Assembly: GCA_041304825.1 (NCBI GenBank)
Contig: JBFYMQ010000004.1
Coordinates: 1-50,931, forward strand
From: Thermoplasmatales archaeon
GTDB taxonomy: Archaea; Thermoplasmatota; E2; DHVEG-1
Reading direction: 5' to 3'
Length of the DNA stretch: 50,931 nt
Under the pieces are notes generated by a model, which saw nothing but the letters and a program-made list of their open reading frames with translations, was not told where the DNA came from and made no database searches. The position numbers and the translations under genes are program-made. Below are positions 39,162 to 46,496 of the stretch, piece by piece. Every line of letters begins with the position of its first letter. Within the stretch, counting starts at the first letter, position 1.

Positions 39162-40268
39162 ATGACTACACAGAACAAAAAATTCCCTCAAGATCTCCTA
39201 ATTTTTGATGCGCACTGTGACACCGTCCACGACCTCGTCAATCCATCCATCGATTTTAGGAAAAGAAACCAAGGCCATGTCGATCTAAAAAAGATTCAGA
39301 AAGGCGGATTGAAAGCACAGATCTTCGCACTCTACGTCAATCCTGTCTATGCGCCACATCGATCGATCAAAAAAGCTTTGTTGCTGTATCAAACACTTGA
39401 GAAAAAGATTTTTTCCCCAGGATACGGAATCAAGGTAACCTCGACTGCTGAAATGGACTGTGCTGTGAAAAAAAACAAACTCGCCTGCTGGCTGTCTCTA
39501 GAAGGTGGACATATCATTGAAAACTCATTTGAGATCCTTGAGCTCTTTTCTTCACTTGGGATCCGTAGTATGACCCTGACTCATATGAAAAACACTGACT
39601 GGGCGGATTCCTCAGCGGATTCTCCTCGATGGGATGGACTGAACGCACTTGGAAAAAAGATCGTTGCACGCATGCAGGAACTTCATATGATTATCGATGT
39701 CTCTCATGCATCAGATAAAACCGTCGAGGATGTCCTGGATGTCACAGCAGCTCCGTTCATGGCATCTCATTCGAATGCACGGGCGTTATGCGACATCCCG
39801 CGCAACTTACCTGATGATCTCATAAAGGAAATCGCAGATAGGAACGGCTATATTGGCGTGAATTTTTTCCCGGTTTTTCTGAAGAAAACCATTTTTGACC
39901 AAGTAAGTAAAAACGTTGAAAAATATGAACATCAGCATCAGGAAATGCTGCAACAGAAAAGAGACGACCCTGATTTTGTCAGCAAGGCAGAATCAACGCT
40001 GTTCCAAAAGTATGTAGACGGCTCTGATAATGTTGATGTGAATGCGGTCATTGACCATATCGATCATATCTCCGATATTGGCGGAATAGATTGCGTTGGC
40101 CTAGGAAGTGATTTTGATGGGATAAACACCACTCCTACTAATTTAACCGATGTCTCCTGTTACCCTACATTGGTGGAAGGATTAGCTTTAAGAGGATATA
40201 ACACCAAGGAAATCCAGAAGATCATGGGTTTGAATCTCTATCGTTTTTTAAAACAATTTGATCTGTGA
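39162..40268 (+). CDS. Membrane dipeptidase (peptidase family M19, renal-dipeptidase-like)
   Basis: IFDAHCDT, WLSLEGGH, MTLTHMKNTDWADS, IIDVSHASDKT, MASHSNARAL, VGLGSDFDGI. Track start is TTG 39153. Confidence 0.9.
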   Translation: MTTQNKKFPQDLLIFDAHCDTVHDLVNPSIDFRKRNQGHVDLKKIQKGGLKAQIFALYVNPVYAPHRSIKKALLLYQTLEKKIFSPGYGIKVTSTAEMDCAVKKNKLACWLSLEGGHIIENSFEILELFSSLGIRSMTLTHMKNTDWADSSADSPRWDGLNALGKKIVARMQELHMIIDVSHASDKTVEDVLDVTAAPFMASHSNARALCDIPRNLPDDLIKEIADRNGYIGVNFFPVFLKKTIFDQVSKNVEKYEHQHQEMLQQKRDDPDFVSKAESTLFQKYVDGSDNVDVNAVIDHIDHISDIGGIDCVGLGSDFDGINTTPTNLTDVSCYPTLVEGLALRGYNTKEIQKIMGLNLYRFLKQFDL

Positions 40269-40319
40269 TTGAGACAAGGGGAATAAATATTTACGGAAAG
40301 AATTGTTCCATGGAATAGA

Positions 40320-40709
40320 ATGATACGTATTCTTAAAAAAAAAATGGACGTCCAAAAAGAGGACACAATCTCAGTCGTCATAACCCTCTGCTTGCTGCTA
40401 ATCTGGTATCTTACTCTTGTCTTGTTCAACTACCCCTTAGCAAGCCTCTTATTTCTCTGGGTCGGGATGATCGTCTTATCGATAGTCTATTACATCGTCT
40501 ATAGGAAGAAAAAGCGTGATATGAGGATATTCAAAATACGGTTCTTTGTATCAGCAGTACCAATCTATTCCGCACTCATTTTTTATGTGATTGCCTTGCT
40601 ATACGGAAAAGGGATGCCCAGTATTTTTCGATTCATGCCCATTGGCATCATCGGAACCATGTTGCTCCTTAACGCAGGAGTGGTCTATTGTTTTTCTCAA
40701 AGCAAATGA
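40320..40709 (+). CDS. Small 4-TM membrane protein, unknown function
   Basis: Hydrophobic segments VVITLCLLLIWYLTLVLF, LLFLWVGMIVLSIVYYIVY, FFVSAVPIYSALIFYVIALLY, IGIIGTMLLLNAGVVYCF. Confidence 0.5.
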   Translation: MIRILKKKMDVQKEDTISVVITLCLLLIWYLTLVLFNYPLASLLFLWVGMIVLSIVYYIVYRKKKRDMRIFKIRFFVSAVPIYSALIFYVIALLYGKGMPSIFRFMPIGIIGTMLLLNAGVVYCFSQSK

Positions 40710-40834
40710 CTCGATTTTACTTGCTCTTATACTTTTTCCAAGGTTATCTTTGGCTTGAAATTCTCTCAAAATATTTTAACCTTGTGACCGAAAAACATCA
40801 CCGGTTCTCATCCCGCATATTTTATATACACTAG

Positions 40835-41989
40835 ATGATTTTATCGCTCCCCATGGATTTTGACTTGACAAATAATTCAGTAGTCACTTATACACCCTTA
40901 GCAGGATACACCCTCCCCAACCTCTTTCGAATACTTGCACAGAACCACTTCCACATTAGCCCTCGGTACGCAGCACGGTTTGCCTACAGTATGGCTCTTA
41001 GTACTATCATGAGTCCGTTCTATATCAGAGAACGTGTTAAATATGACAAATCCACCGAAGCAACACCAATTAAAAAAGACCCGATTTTCATTATTGGTCA
41101 TTGGCGCTGCGGAACGACACTCATGCATAACATCCTGGCACGGGACCAACAGTTCGGGTACTTCACGACCTGTCAAACCCTGATTCCTTCTATTTTTATC
41201 AGCGGTGAAAAACTCTTCAAGCCTATCGTTGTCGCAAGTCTTCCAAAGAAACGACCGATGGATGACGGAGACCTCGGTGCAGATCTCCCTCAAGAAGATA
41301 TCTACGCTCTTGGTGCGCTCTCCCCGTACTCATACTACCACGGTTGGTGCTTCCCTCGGAATATGGCACATTACAACAACTACATTGATTTTAAGAACGC
41401 CTCCCCGCAGACCATTGAAGACTGGAAAAATACCTACCTGTTCCTTTTAAAAAAAATAACCATGTTCCACCAAGGTAAACAGCTGATCTTGAAGAATCAG
41501 GATAACACGGGGAAGATACCGCAACTTTTGGAGATGTTCCCGGACGCGAAATTCATTTACATGTACCGCAACCCCTATGATCTTTACATGTCCATGCTGA
41601 AGTTCATGCGAAAGGTCATCCCGCTGTACTGCGTACAAACCCCACCACCTCTGAAGGACGTTGAAGATTATATGATGACTTTATTTACACATATGACAAA
41701 GAAATACCTCCAGGATAAACCTCTCATCCCTGAGGAGAACCTTGTGGAAGTGCGGTATGAAAGCTTCATCAATCAACCGCTGGTCTCCGTCAGTACCCTT
41801 TATAAAAAATTCAACCTCGATGGATACCAAGACATCGAGCATTCCATGAAAGCGTATCTTGCGACACAGAAAACAATTCATATGGACAACTATACCTTCA
41901 CCGATTCGATAAAAAAGAAAATCGAGAACCATTGGGGCTTCGCACTCAAAGAATACCAATACAAACATCCGCAGGAAGAAATCTGCTAA
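40835..41989 (+). CDS. Cytoplasmic PAPS-type sulfotransferase family protein
   Basis: 5'-phosphosulfate-binding loop IFIIGHWRCGTTLMHNIL. Later block FIYMYRNPYDLYMSML. No signal peptide. Confidence 0.75.
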   Translation: MILSLPMDFDLTNNSVVTYTPLAGYTLPNLFRILAQNHFHISPRYAARFAYSMALSTIMSPFYIRERVKYDKSTEATPIKKDPIFIIGHWRCGTTLMHNILARDQQFGYFTTCQTLIPSIFISGEKLFKPIVVASLPKKRPMDDGDLGADLPQEDIYALGALSPYSYYHGWCFPRNMAHYNNYIDFKNASPQTIEDWKNTYLFLLKKITMFHQGKQLILKNQDNTGKIPQLLEMFPDAKFIYMYRNPYDLYMSMLKFMRKVIPLYCVQTPPPLKDVEDYMMTLFTHMTKKYLQDKPLIPEENLVEVRYESFINQPLVSVSTLYKKFNLDGYQDIEHSMKAYLATQKTIHMDNYTFTDSIKKKIENHWGFALKEYQYKHPQEEIC

Positions 41990-42044
41990 ATGGATTCCAT
42001 AAAAAAGTTTCAAATCACGTCTGAAAAAAAAGTTGAAATCGTTT

Positions 42045-42386
42045 TTATCCCACTGTCTTTGACTGATTATAACTATTTTTTATAAACGATATTATTTTCT
42101 TTAGGTCAGATGTTTCATCAACTGGTATTTGTGGCCACCCCTTCATTATCCTCGTTGCTGCTTGGAAGGGTTTAATCATAAATTCTTGGGATAATTTCAT
42201 TTTATCTTGTTCACTTGCTTTCGTAAGAACCACACCATCTGTTACGAGAAATCCAAATAATTTATCATTATATTTGTAACAAGGACACCCATACATTTTT
42301 TTTGTTGTCACATCAGGCCAACTCAGAATCTCTTTTTCCAATCTCACTCTGAGATTCTTCATTTTTTCTTCATTGTAATATTGCAT
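42045..42386 (-). CDS. TfoX-N/YjbR-like small protein (weak assignment)
   Basis: VTTKKMYGCPCYKYNDKLFGFLVTDGVVLTK resembles the MFGG.gy..ng.mFa.i.dd.lylK block of TfoX_N/YjbR-type folds. Confidence 0.35.
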   Translation of the reverse strand: MQYYNEEKMKNLRVRLEKEILSWPDVTTKKMYGCPCYKYNDKLFGFLVTDGVVLTKASEQDKMKLSQEFMIKPFQAATRIMKGWPQIPVDETSDLKKIISFIKNSYNQSKTVG

Positions 42387-42420
42387 GGTAACATGTTATG
42401 ATTTATGATATTAATAAAGA

Positions 42421-42586
42421 GATGCTTCCATCCTGATTGCGTACCAAGACTTCAGAATCCCCCCAGGCGGGAGAATTGAAGGTCTGGCAGAAAATATTCC
42501 GGGGGGATTGCTTGCTAGAGGTTCAATGCCCATCCAATATTTTGTCGATTTTAAGAAACCAGAGAGAAAGCATTGACACGGTTTTC
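42421..42586 (+). repeat. Intergenic structured repeat, copy A (core 42439-42535 plus trailing motif AGCATTGACACGGTTTTC)
   Basis: Aligns by eye with copies at 48119-48269 and 49036-49190. Shared string ..CCAAGACTTCAGA..GGGAGA..TGAAGGTCTGGCAGAAAAT..GATTGCTTGCTAGAGGTTCAATGCCC. Confidence 0.7.
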
Positions 42587-42600
42587 CCTTAGGAGCGAAA

Positions 42601-42628
42601 AGCAAAAAAAAGAAAAAAAGAGGTGGAG
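42601..42628 (-). terminator. Oligo-T terminator (minus strand) after ASST-like copy 1
   Basis: Plus-strand agcaaaaaaaagaaaaaaagagg reads as T7-8 runs on the minus strand directly after the stop at 42629. Confidence 0.55.
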
Positions 42629-43858
42629 TTAGAATCCCATGAGATGCCGAAGCAAGGGGAATGCATGTGGAAATCGCACAAGTAACCTCGCAAGAAACCC
42701 ATGCTGTTCGATATTATGGCTAAACGGTGTGGTGAGCGTGACAGGGATCATGCAGTAATCGCTACTGTTATCCTTATTGACTATTGTGATATTTCCTTGG
42801 AACCCTGCGTTCTTCTCCGGGGGTACAACCATGTACACATGTACGGTCACTGACCCCTGTGCCGGTGTAATGTTCTCACCGGACGACGGTTTGAACGTCC
42901 ACGCCCCCCATGTCAATGTATTGTTCACGGTCCAGTTCAGCAGCGAGTCGTTATCCCCGATGTTCATCACCTGGAAACTGCCATGCACAGTCGCCCCTGG
43001 TTTGATGTTCGACCAAGAGAGGCTCCCGTTGCATTCGAGATCAGGGAGATGCTGCTGTGGGGGCGGTGGTGGTTCATACGGTGGTATGTACTGGGTGCGG
43101 TAGACTTCGGCATGTTGGTACGGATAAGGGTTAACGAAGGTCCAGACGATTTGTTTGTCTGGTGTGACCTCGATGAAAACCCCGTTCCATCCGGAGCAGA
43201 TAAGGGTATTGTTGTTGAGCATTCGTTGGGCACCGCCAAAGCCGTCGGAGAAGAGGTCTTCCGGCAGCATATACTGCCAGGTGAGATCAGCTGGGCCATA
43301 GGTTCCTCCAGGCGGAAGATAGTATTCGCCAGTGTCGTTGTTTACATCGGGGGTGATTTCATCGACGCTTGAGATAGGGCCTCCAGGGCGGGTGTTGCCG
43401 TTTGAGAAGACAAGGATGTGTCCTGCGCCGGGAAGACCAGGTTTGACCCAGCAGCATTGATGTTGGAAGCAGAGTTTTTTATCACTAGCGTCTCCTCGAT
43501 CGTAGGTCTGGGGGTTACCCCAGCGGTAGAGCAGATCACCACCGTGGCCGTAAATGCCGCCCTCGTGGCTTGCCGCTTCCTCAGTAGTTGTACTGTGATC
43601 GATGATCCAGACCTCGTCAAAATTATGAGCACTGATGAGGACTTGGTCAAACTGCGGGTTGTAGTCCACGGAGTTGAAATAAGGCCAGCCAGGGCTCCAG
43701 TATTGGTCGAAGTTGATGTTGGCAAGTTCAGGATACTGGCTGACAATACCGTAGTTGTCTTTGCTAGCGTCAAAATCCTGGATGAGGTGGTCCCAGACGT
43801 GCCATTCCCAGACAATGTCGCCGCTGGTTGGTCCGGTCTGGTGGACCTGGATGAGCAT
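42629..43858 (-). CDS. Arylsulfotransferase (ASST)-like beta-propeller protein, copy 1, downstream ORF (C-terminal ~3/4) with Pro-rich linker, Ig/CARDB-like domain and conserved tail
   Basis: GDIVWEWHVWDHL, NSVDYNPQFDQVLISAHNFDEVWIIDHSTTTEEAASHEGGIYGHGGDLLYRWGNPQTYDRG and CFQHQCCWV..ILVFSNGN match the ASST family pattern. Tail VRFPHAFPLLRHLMGF. It lacks its own signal peptide; that is encoded by the upstream out-of-frame ORF. Confidence 0.75.
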   Translation of the reverse strand: MLIQVHQTGPTSGDIVWEWHVWDHLIQDFDASKDNYGIVSQYPELANINFDQYWSPGWPYFNSVDYNPQFDQVLISAHNFDEVWIIDHSTTTEEAASHEGGIYGHGGDLLYRWGNPQTYDRGDASDKKLCFQHQCCWVKPGLPGAGHILVFSNGNTRPGGPISSVDEITPDVNNDTGEYYLPPGGTYGPADLTWQYMLPEDLFSDGFGGAQRMLNNNTLICSGWNGVFIEVTPDKQIVWTFVNPYPYQHAEVYRTQYIPPYEPPPPPQQHLPDLECNGSLSWSNIKPGATVHGSFQVMNIGDNDSLLNWTVNNTLTWGAWTFKPSSGENITPAQGSVTVHVYMVVPPEKNAGFQGNITIVNKDNSSDYCMIPVTLTTPFSHNIEQHGFLARLLVRFPHAFPLLRHLMGF

Positions 43859-44247
43859 ATTTGGGTAGAATTGTCATGAGTCGCGTAACTGCTGTCTCGT
43901 GTATAGTGATATTCCCAGAGAACTGTACTATCATAGGCGATTTTTTGGAATCCACCTTGACCGGAATCGATAGCGAGGAAAATGGAACCATTCTCCCCCA
44001 TGTAGGAGTCATATAAGGGGTAATAGGCACTCTGCCAGGTGTGGTTGACGGCACCGGTTTCATTGATGAGATACGTCGTCTTCGAATGCCACGGGGTGTA
44101 GAGGAAGTGGCCTTCCTTGCGATCGAGCGGCAAAGGTTGTATCAGGTTCTCTATGTTCTGTGAAAGAGCTCCGGAATTGAACAGACTCGCCGTGAAAAGG
44201 GTAGCGGTAATCAGCACCACGATTTTAACGAAAATCTTATGGCTCAT
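43342..44247 (-). CDS. ASST-like copy 1, upstream ORF: signal peptide plus first propeller part (only 43859-44247 is homologous; the rest is an out-of-frame S/T-rich read-through)
   Basis: MSHKIFVKIVVLITATLFTASLF.., HFLYTPWHSKTTYLINETGAVNHTWQS..YATHD. The frame then departs (STQICSSRSTRP..) exactly where the downstream ORF's homology begins (FYPN-MLIQVHQ). Confidence 0.6.
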   Translation of the reverse strand: MSHKIFVKIVVLITATLFTASLFNSGALSQNIENLIQPLPLDRKEGHFLYTPWHSKTTYLINETGAVNHTWQSAYYPLYDSYMGENGSIFLAIDSGQGGFQKIAYDSTVLWEYHYTRDSSYATHDNSTQICSSRSTRPDQPAATLSGNGTSGTTSSRILTLAKTTTVLSASILNLPTSTSTNTGALAGLISTPWTTTRSLTKSSSVLIILTRSGSSITVQLLRKRQATRAAFTATVVICSTAGVTPRPTIEETLVIKNSASNINAAGSNLVFPAQDTSLSSQTATPALEALSQASMKSPPM

Positions 44248-44368
44248 GTCTCATCCTCATTTGAAATTTTTAAACAGGAAGGGTGCTTCGTGTTCTATCC
44301 AGTTGCCAACATGCACGAACGCTGGTTTCGGTATAGATATCCCCTTTAATGTAGTAAGGCTCCGGGGG

Positions 44369-44382
44369 ATATATAAAAATAT
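44369..44382 (-). promoter_or_regulatory. TATA-like box (minus strand TTTTTATATAT) upstream of ASST-like copy 1
   Basis: Lies ~120 nt upstream of ATG 44247 within the duplicated, highly conserved non-coding segment. GAGGATGAG RBS-like sequence lies 5 nt before the ATG. Confidence 0.4.
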
Positions 44383-44480
44383 GCCTGATTTTCTTTAATA
44401 ATCACAATATTAATGACTGCCTCAGACTTTTTATGTGACTCTTAAACGATTCATTAGATTATTCCCTTTAGAAATTATAT

Positions 44481-44599
44481 GTCCTAGGATTTCTGGACCC
44501 TTACCTGCAGAGAAGTGAATATTTAATAGAAAAAGCTTCTGGGAAATTGCTTATTCGAGGTTCGAGGCTACCCAATTAAAGAGCATTGACATGGTTTTC
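44481..44599 (+). repeat. Intergenic structured repeat, copy D (degenerate; 3' module and trailing AGCATTGACATGGTTTTC conserved)
   Basis: GGGAAATTGCTTATTCGAGGTTCGAGGCTACCC aligns with the 3' module of the other copies. The 5' half is strongly diverged. Confidence 0.5.
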
Positions 44600-44600
44600 T

Positions 44601-44622
44601 TAATAAGAAAAAAAATTTGGGT
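44601..44622 (-). terminator. Oligo-T terminator (minus strand) after ASST-like copy 2
   Basis: Plus-strand agaaaaaaaattt reads as a T8 run on the minus strand right after the stop at 44623. Confidence 0.55.
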
Positions 44623-45864
44623 TCAGTACCCCAGCAGATGTCGTAGGAGTGAAAATCCATGCGGGAATCGCTCGAACAACCACGAAATGATCAGGTTGTT
44701 GGATAGGGCTGTTACACTGGCTGAGGTCGTCAAAGTGACCGGGATGTCGACGTAGTCGGAGGCGTTGTCCCTGTTCTCTACGCGGAGGGTTCCATCAAAC
44801 ATCTGGTTTTTCTCGTTTGGGACTACAACGTACACCTGTACAGTGAAGGGCCCTGCCCCCGGGAAGAGGTTTGCCCCAGATGCAGGGATAAACGTCCACG
44901 TCCCCCAGGTGATGGTGTTGTTAATAGTCCAGTTCAGCAACGAGTCGTTATCCCCGATGTTCATCACCTGGAAACTGCCATGCACAGTCGCCCCTGGTTT
45001 GATGTTCGACCAAGAGAGGCTCCCGTTGCATTCGATATCAGGGTGAGACGGCGGGGGTGGCGGTGGTGGTGGCGGTGGCACATACGGGGGTATGTATTGG
45101 GTGCGGTAGACTTGGTCGTATTGATTCGGGTAGGGGTTGATGAAGGTCCAGACCACTTCCATTTCTGGTGTGACCTCGATGAAAACCCCGTTCCATCCGG
45201 AGCAGATAAGGGTATTGTTGTTGAGCATTCGTTGGGCACCGCCAAAATAGTAGGAATAGAGGTCTTCCGGCAGCATATACTGCCAGGTGAGATTATCCGG
45301 GCCATAGGTTCCCCCAGGCGGAAGATAGTATGCACCCGTGTCATTGTCGACATCAGGAGTGAACTCATCGACGCTTGAGATAGGGCCTCCAGGGCGGGTT
45401 ACGCCGTTGGAGAAGACGAGGATGTTACCTGCACCGGGAAGACCAGGTTTGATCCAGCCGCTTTGATGTTGGAAGCAGAGTTTTTTATCACTAGCGTCCC
45501 CTCTATCGTAGGTCTGGGGGTTGCCCCAGCGGTAGATCAGATCGCCACCGTGGCCGTAAATGCCGCCCTCGTGGCTTGCGGCTTCTTCTGTTGTAGTGCT
45601 GTGGTCGATAACCCAGACCTCATCGAAGTTGTGGGCGCTGATGAGGATTTGGTCGAACTTGGGGTTGTAGTCCACAGAGGTAAAATAGGGCCAGCCGGTG
45701 CACCAAGGTTGGTCGAAGTTGATGTTGGCAAGTTCAGGATGCTGACTGATATTACCATAGTTATTTTTGCTAGCGTCGAAATCCTGGATGAGGTGGTCCC
45801 AGACGTGCCATTCCCAGACAATGTCGCCGCTGGTTGGTCCGGTCTGGTGGACCTGGATGAGCAT
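44623..45864 (-). CDS. ASST-like protein, copy 2, downstream ORF (C-terminal ~3/4) with poly-Pro linker, Ig-like domain and conserved tail
   Basis: Collinear with ORF 42629..43858 and roughly 85% identical at the protein level by eye. Linker PPYVPPPPPPPPPPSHPD. Tail FERFPHGFSLLRHLLGY. Confidence 0.75.
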   Translation of the reverse strand: MLIQVHQTGPTSGDIVWEWHVWDHLIQDFDASKNNYGNISQHPELANINFDQPWCTGWPYFTSVDYNPKFDQILISAHNFDEVWVIDHSTTTEEAASHEGGIYGHGGDLIYRWGNPQTYDRGDASDKKLCFQHQSGWIKPGLPGAGNILVFSNGVTRPGGPISSVDEFTPDVDNDTGAYYLPPGGTYGPDNLTWQYMLPEDLYSYYFGGAQRMLNNNTLICSGWNGVFIEVTPEMEVVWTFINPYPNQYDQVYRTQYIPPYVPPPPPPPPPPSHPDIECNGSLSWSNIKPGATVHGSFQVMNIGDNDSLLNWTINNTITWGTWTFIPASGANLFPGAGPFTVQVYVVVPNEKNQMFDGTLRVENRDNASDYVDIPVTLTTSASVTALSNNLIISWLFERFPHGFSLLRHLLGY

Positions 45865-46247
45865 ATTTGGGTAGAATGAGTGGCGTAGCTGCTATCTCGT
45901 GTGTAGCGGTAATCCCAGAGGATTGTGCCGTCGTACGCAATTTTTTGGATTCCACCTCGGCCTGATTGGATGGTGAGGTAGATGGAGCCGTTATCTCCCA
46001 TATAAGAGTCATATAAGGGGTAATAGGTACTCTGCCATGTGTGGTTGACGACGCCGGTTTCATTGATGAGATAGGTGGTCTTCGAATGATATGGGGTGTA
46101 GAGGAAGTGGCCTTCATTGCGATCGAATGGTGGAGGTGTTATCAGGTTCTCCATCTTCTGTGAAAGAGCTCCGGAATTGAATAGACTCGCCGTAAAAAGG
46201 GCGGCGGTAATCAGCGCTACGATTTTGATATAATTCTTCTTGTTCAT
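45537..46247 (-). CDS. ASST-like copy 2, upstream ORF (signal peptide plus first propeller part; only 45865-46247 is homologous)
   Basis: MNKKNYIKIVALITAALFTASLF.., same architecture and same frame break as copy 1 (..YATH | STQICSSRSTRP.. versus FYPN-MLIQVHQ). Confidence 0.6.
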   Translation of the reverse strand: MNKKNYIKIVALITAALFTASLFNSGALSQKMENLITPPPFDRNEGHFLYTPYHSKTTYLINETGVVNHTWQSTYYPLYDSYMGDNGSIYLTIQSGRGGIQKIAYDGTILWDYRYTRDSSYATHSTQICSSRSTRPDQPAATLSGNGTSGTTSSRISTLAKITMVISVSILNLPTSTSTNLGAPAGPILPLWTTTPSSTKSSSAPTTSMRSGLSTTALQQKKPQATRAAFTATVAI

Positions 46248-46368
46248 GTCTCATCCTCATTTGAAATCTTTAAACAGGAAGGATACTTCGTGTTCTATCC
46301 AGTTGCCAACATGCACGAACGCTGGTTTTGGTATAGATATCCTCCTTAATGTAGTAAGGCTCCGGGGG

Positions 46369-46382
46369 ATATATAAAAATAT
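46369..46382 (-). promoter_or_regulatory. TATA-like box upstream of ASST-like copy 2 (duplicate of 44369-44382)
   Basis: Identical ggggatatataaaaatatgcc context. Confidence 0.4.
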
Positions 46383-46496
46383 GCCTGATTTTCTTTAATA
46401 ATCACAATATTAATGACTGTCTCAGACTCTTTACGTTACTCTCAAATGATTCCTCTGTGGAGTTTTTACGTAGAGACCCAAAGTCTCTTTGCTACC

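Larger units (their letters stand above)
42629..46455 (-). repeat. Tandem duplication, two ~1.83-kb units (42629-44455 and 44623-46455; period about 1994-2000 nt), each holding a frame-split ASST-like gene plus its upstream region
   Basis: The units are collinear by eye. Compared coding stretches are about 88% identical and the 5' non-coding ~190 nt about 96% identical. Similarity is lost after about 44455/46455. Confidence 0.85.

Noticed and set aside
42411-42605. Minus-strand ORFs across the repeats (42411..42605 and 48070..48381) give similar peptides (..GIEPL(A/T)S..FSARPS.LPP.G.L(K/R)SW..), and copy C is open in the same frame
   Set aside because: The similarity only mirrors nucleotide conservation. 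'GIEP..' is the usual artefact of translating a reverse-complemented T-arm-like sequence. Copy C has no start codon (TAA immediately upstream and no ATG), copy D has stops in the same frame, and there is no RBS.
45050-45080. GGCGG/GGTGG-rich tract (poly-Pro run PPPPPPPPPP in ASST copy 2) as a possible slippage-prone simple repeat or phase-variation site
   Set aside because: It is made of mixed Pro codons rather than a homopolymer or perfect short tandem repeat, and it stays in frame. Copy 1 simply has a shorter Pro-rich linker. It is most simply a variable interdomain linker.
42777-45879. Several long plus-strand ORFs antisense to the ASST genes (42777..43103, 42983..43372, 43418..43879, 44765..45046, 44980..45378, 45463..45879)
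   Set aside because: They lie antisense to ORFs with clear ASST-family motifs. Their products are low-complexity (V/G/D/R-rich). Their presence in several frames points to compositional stop-codon depletion, not genes.
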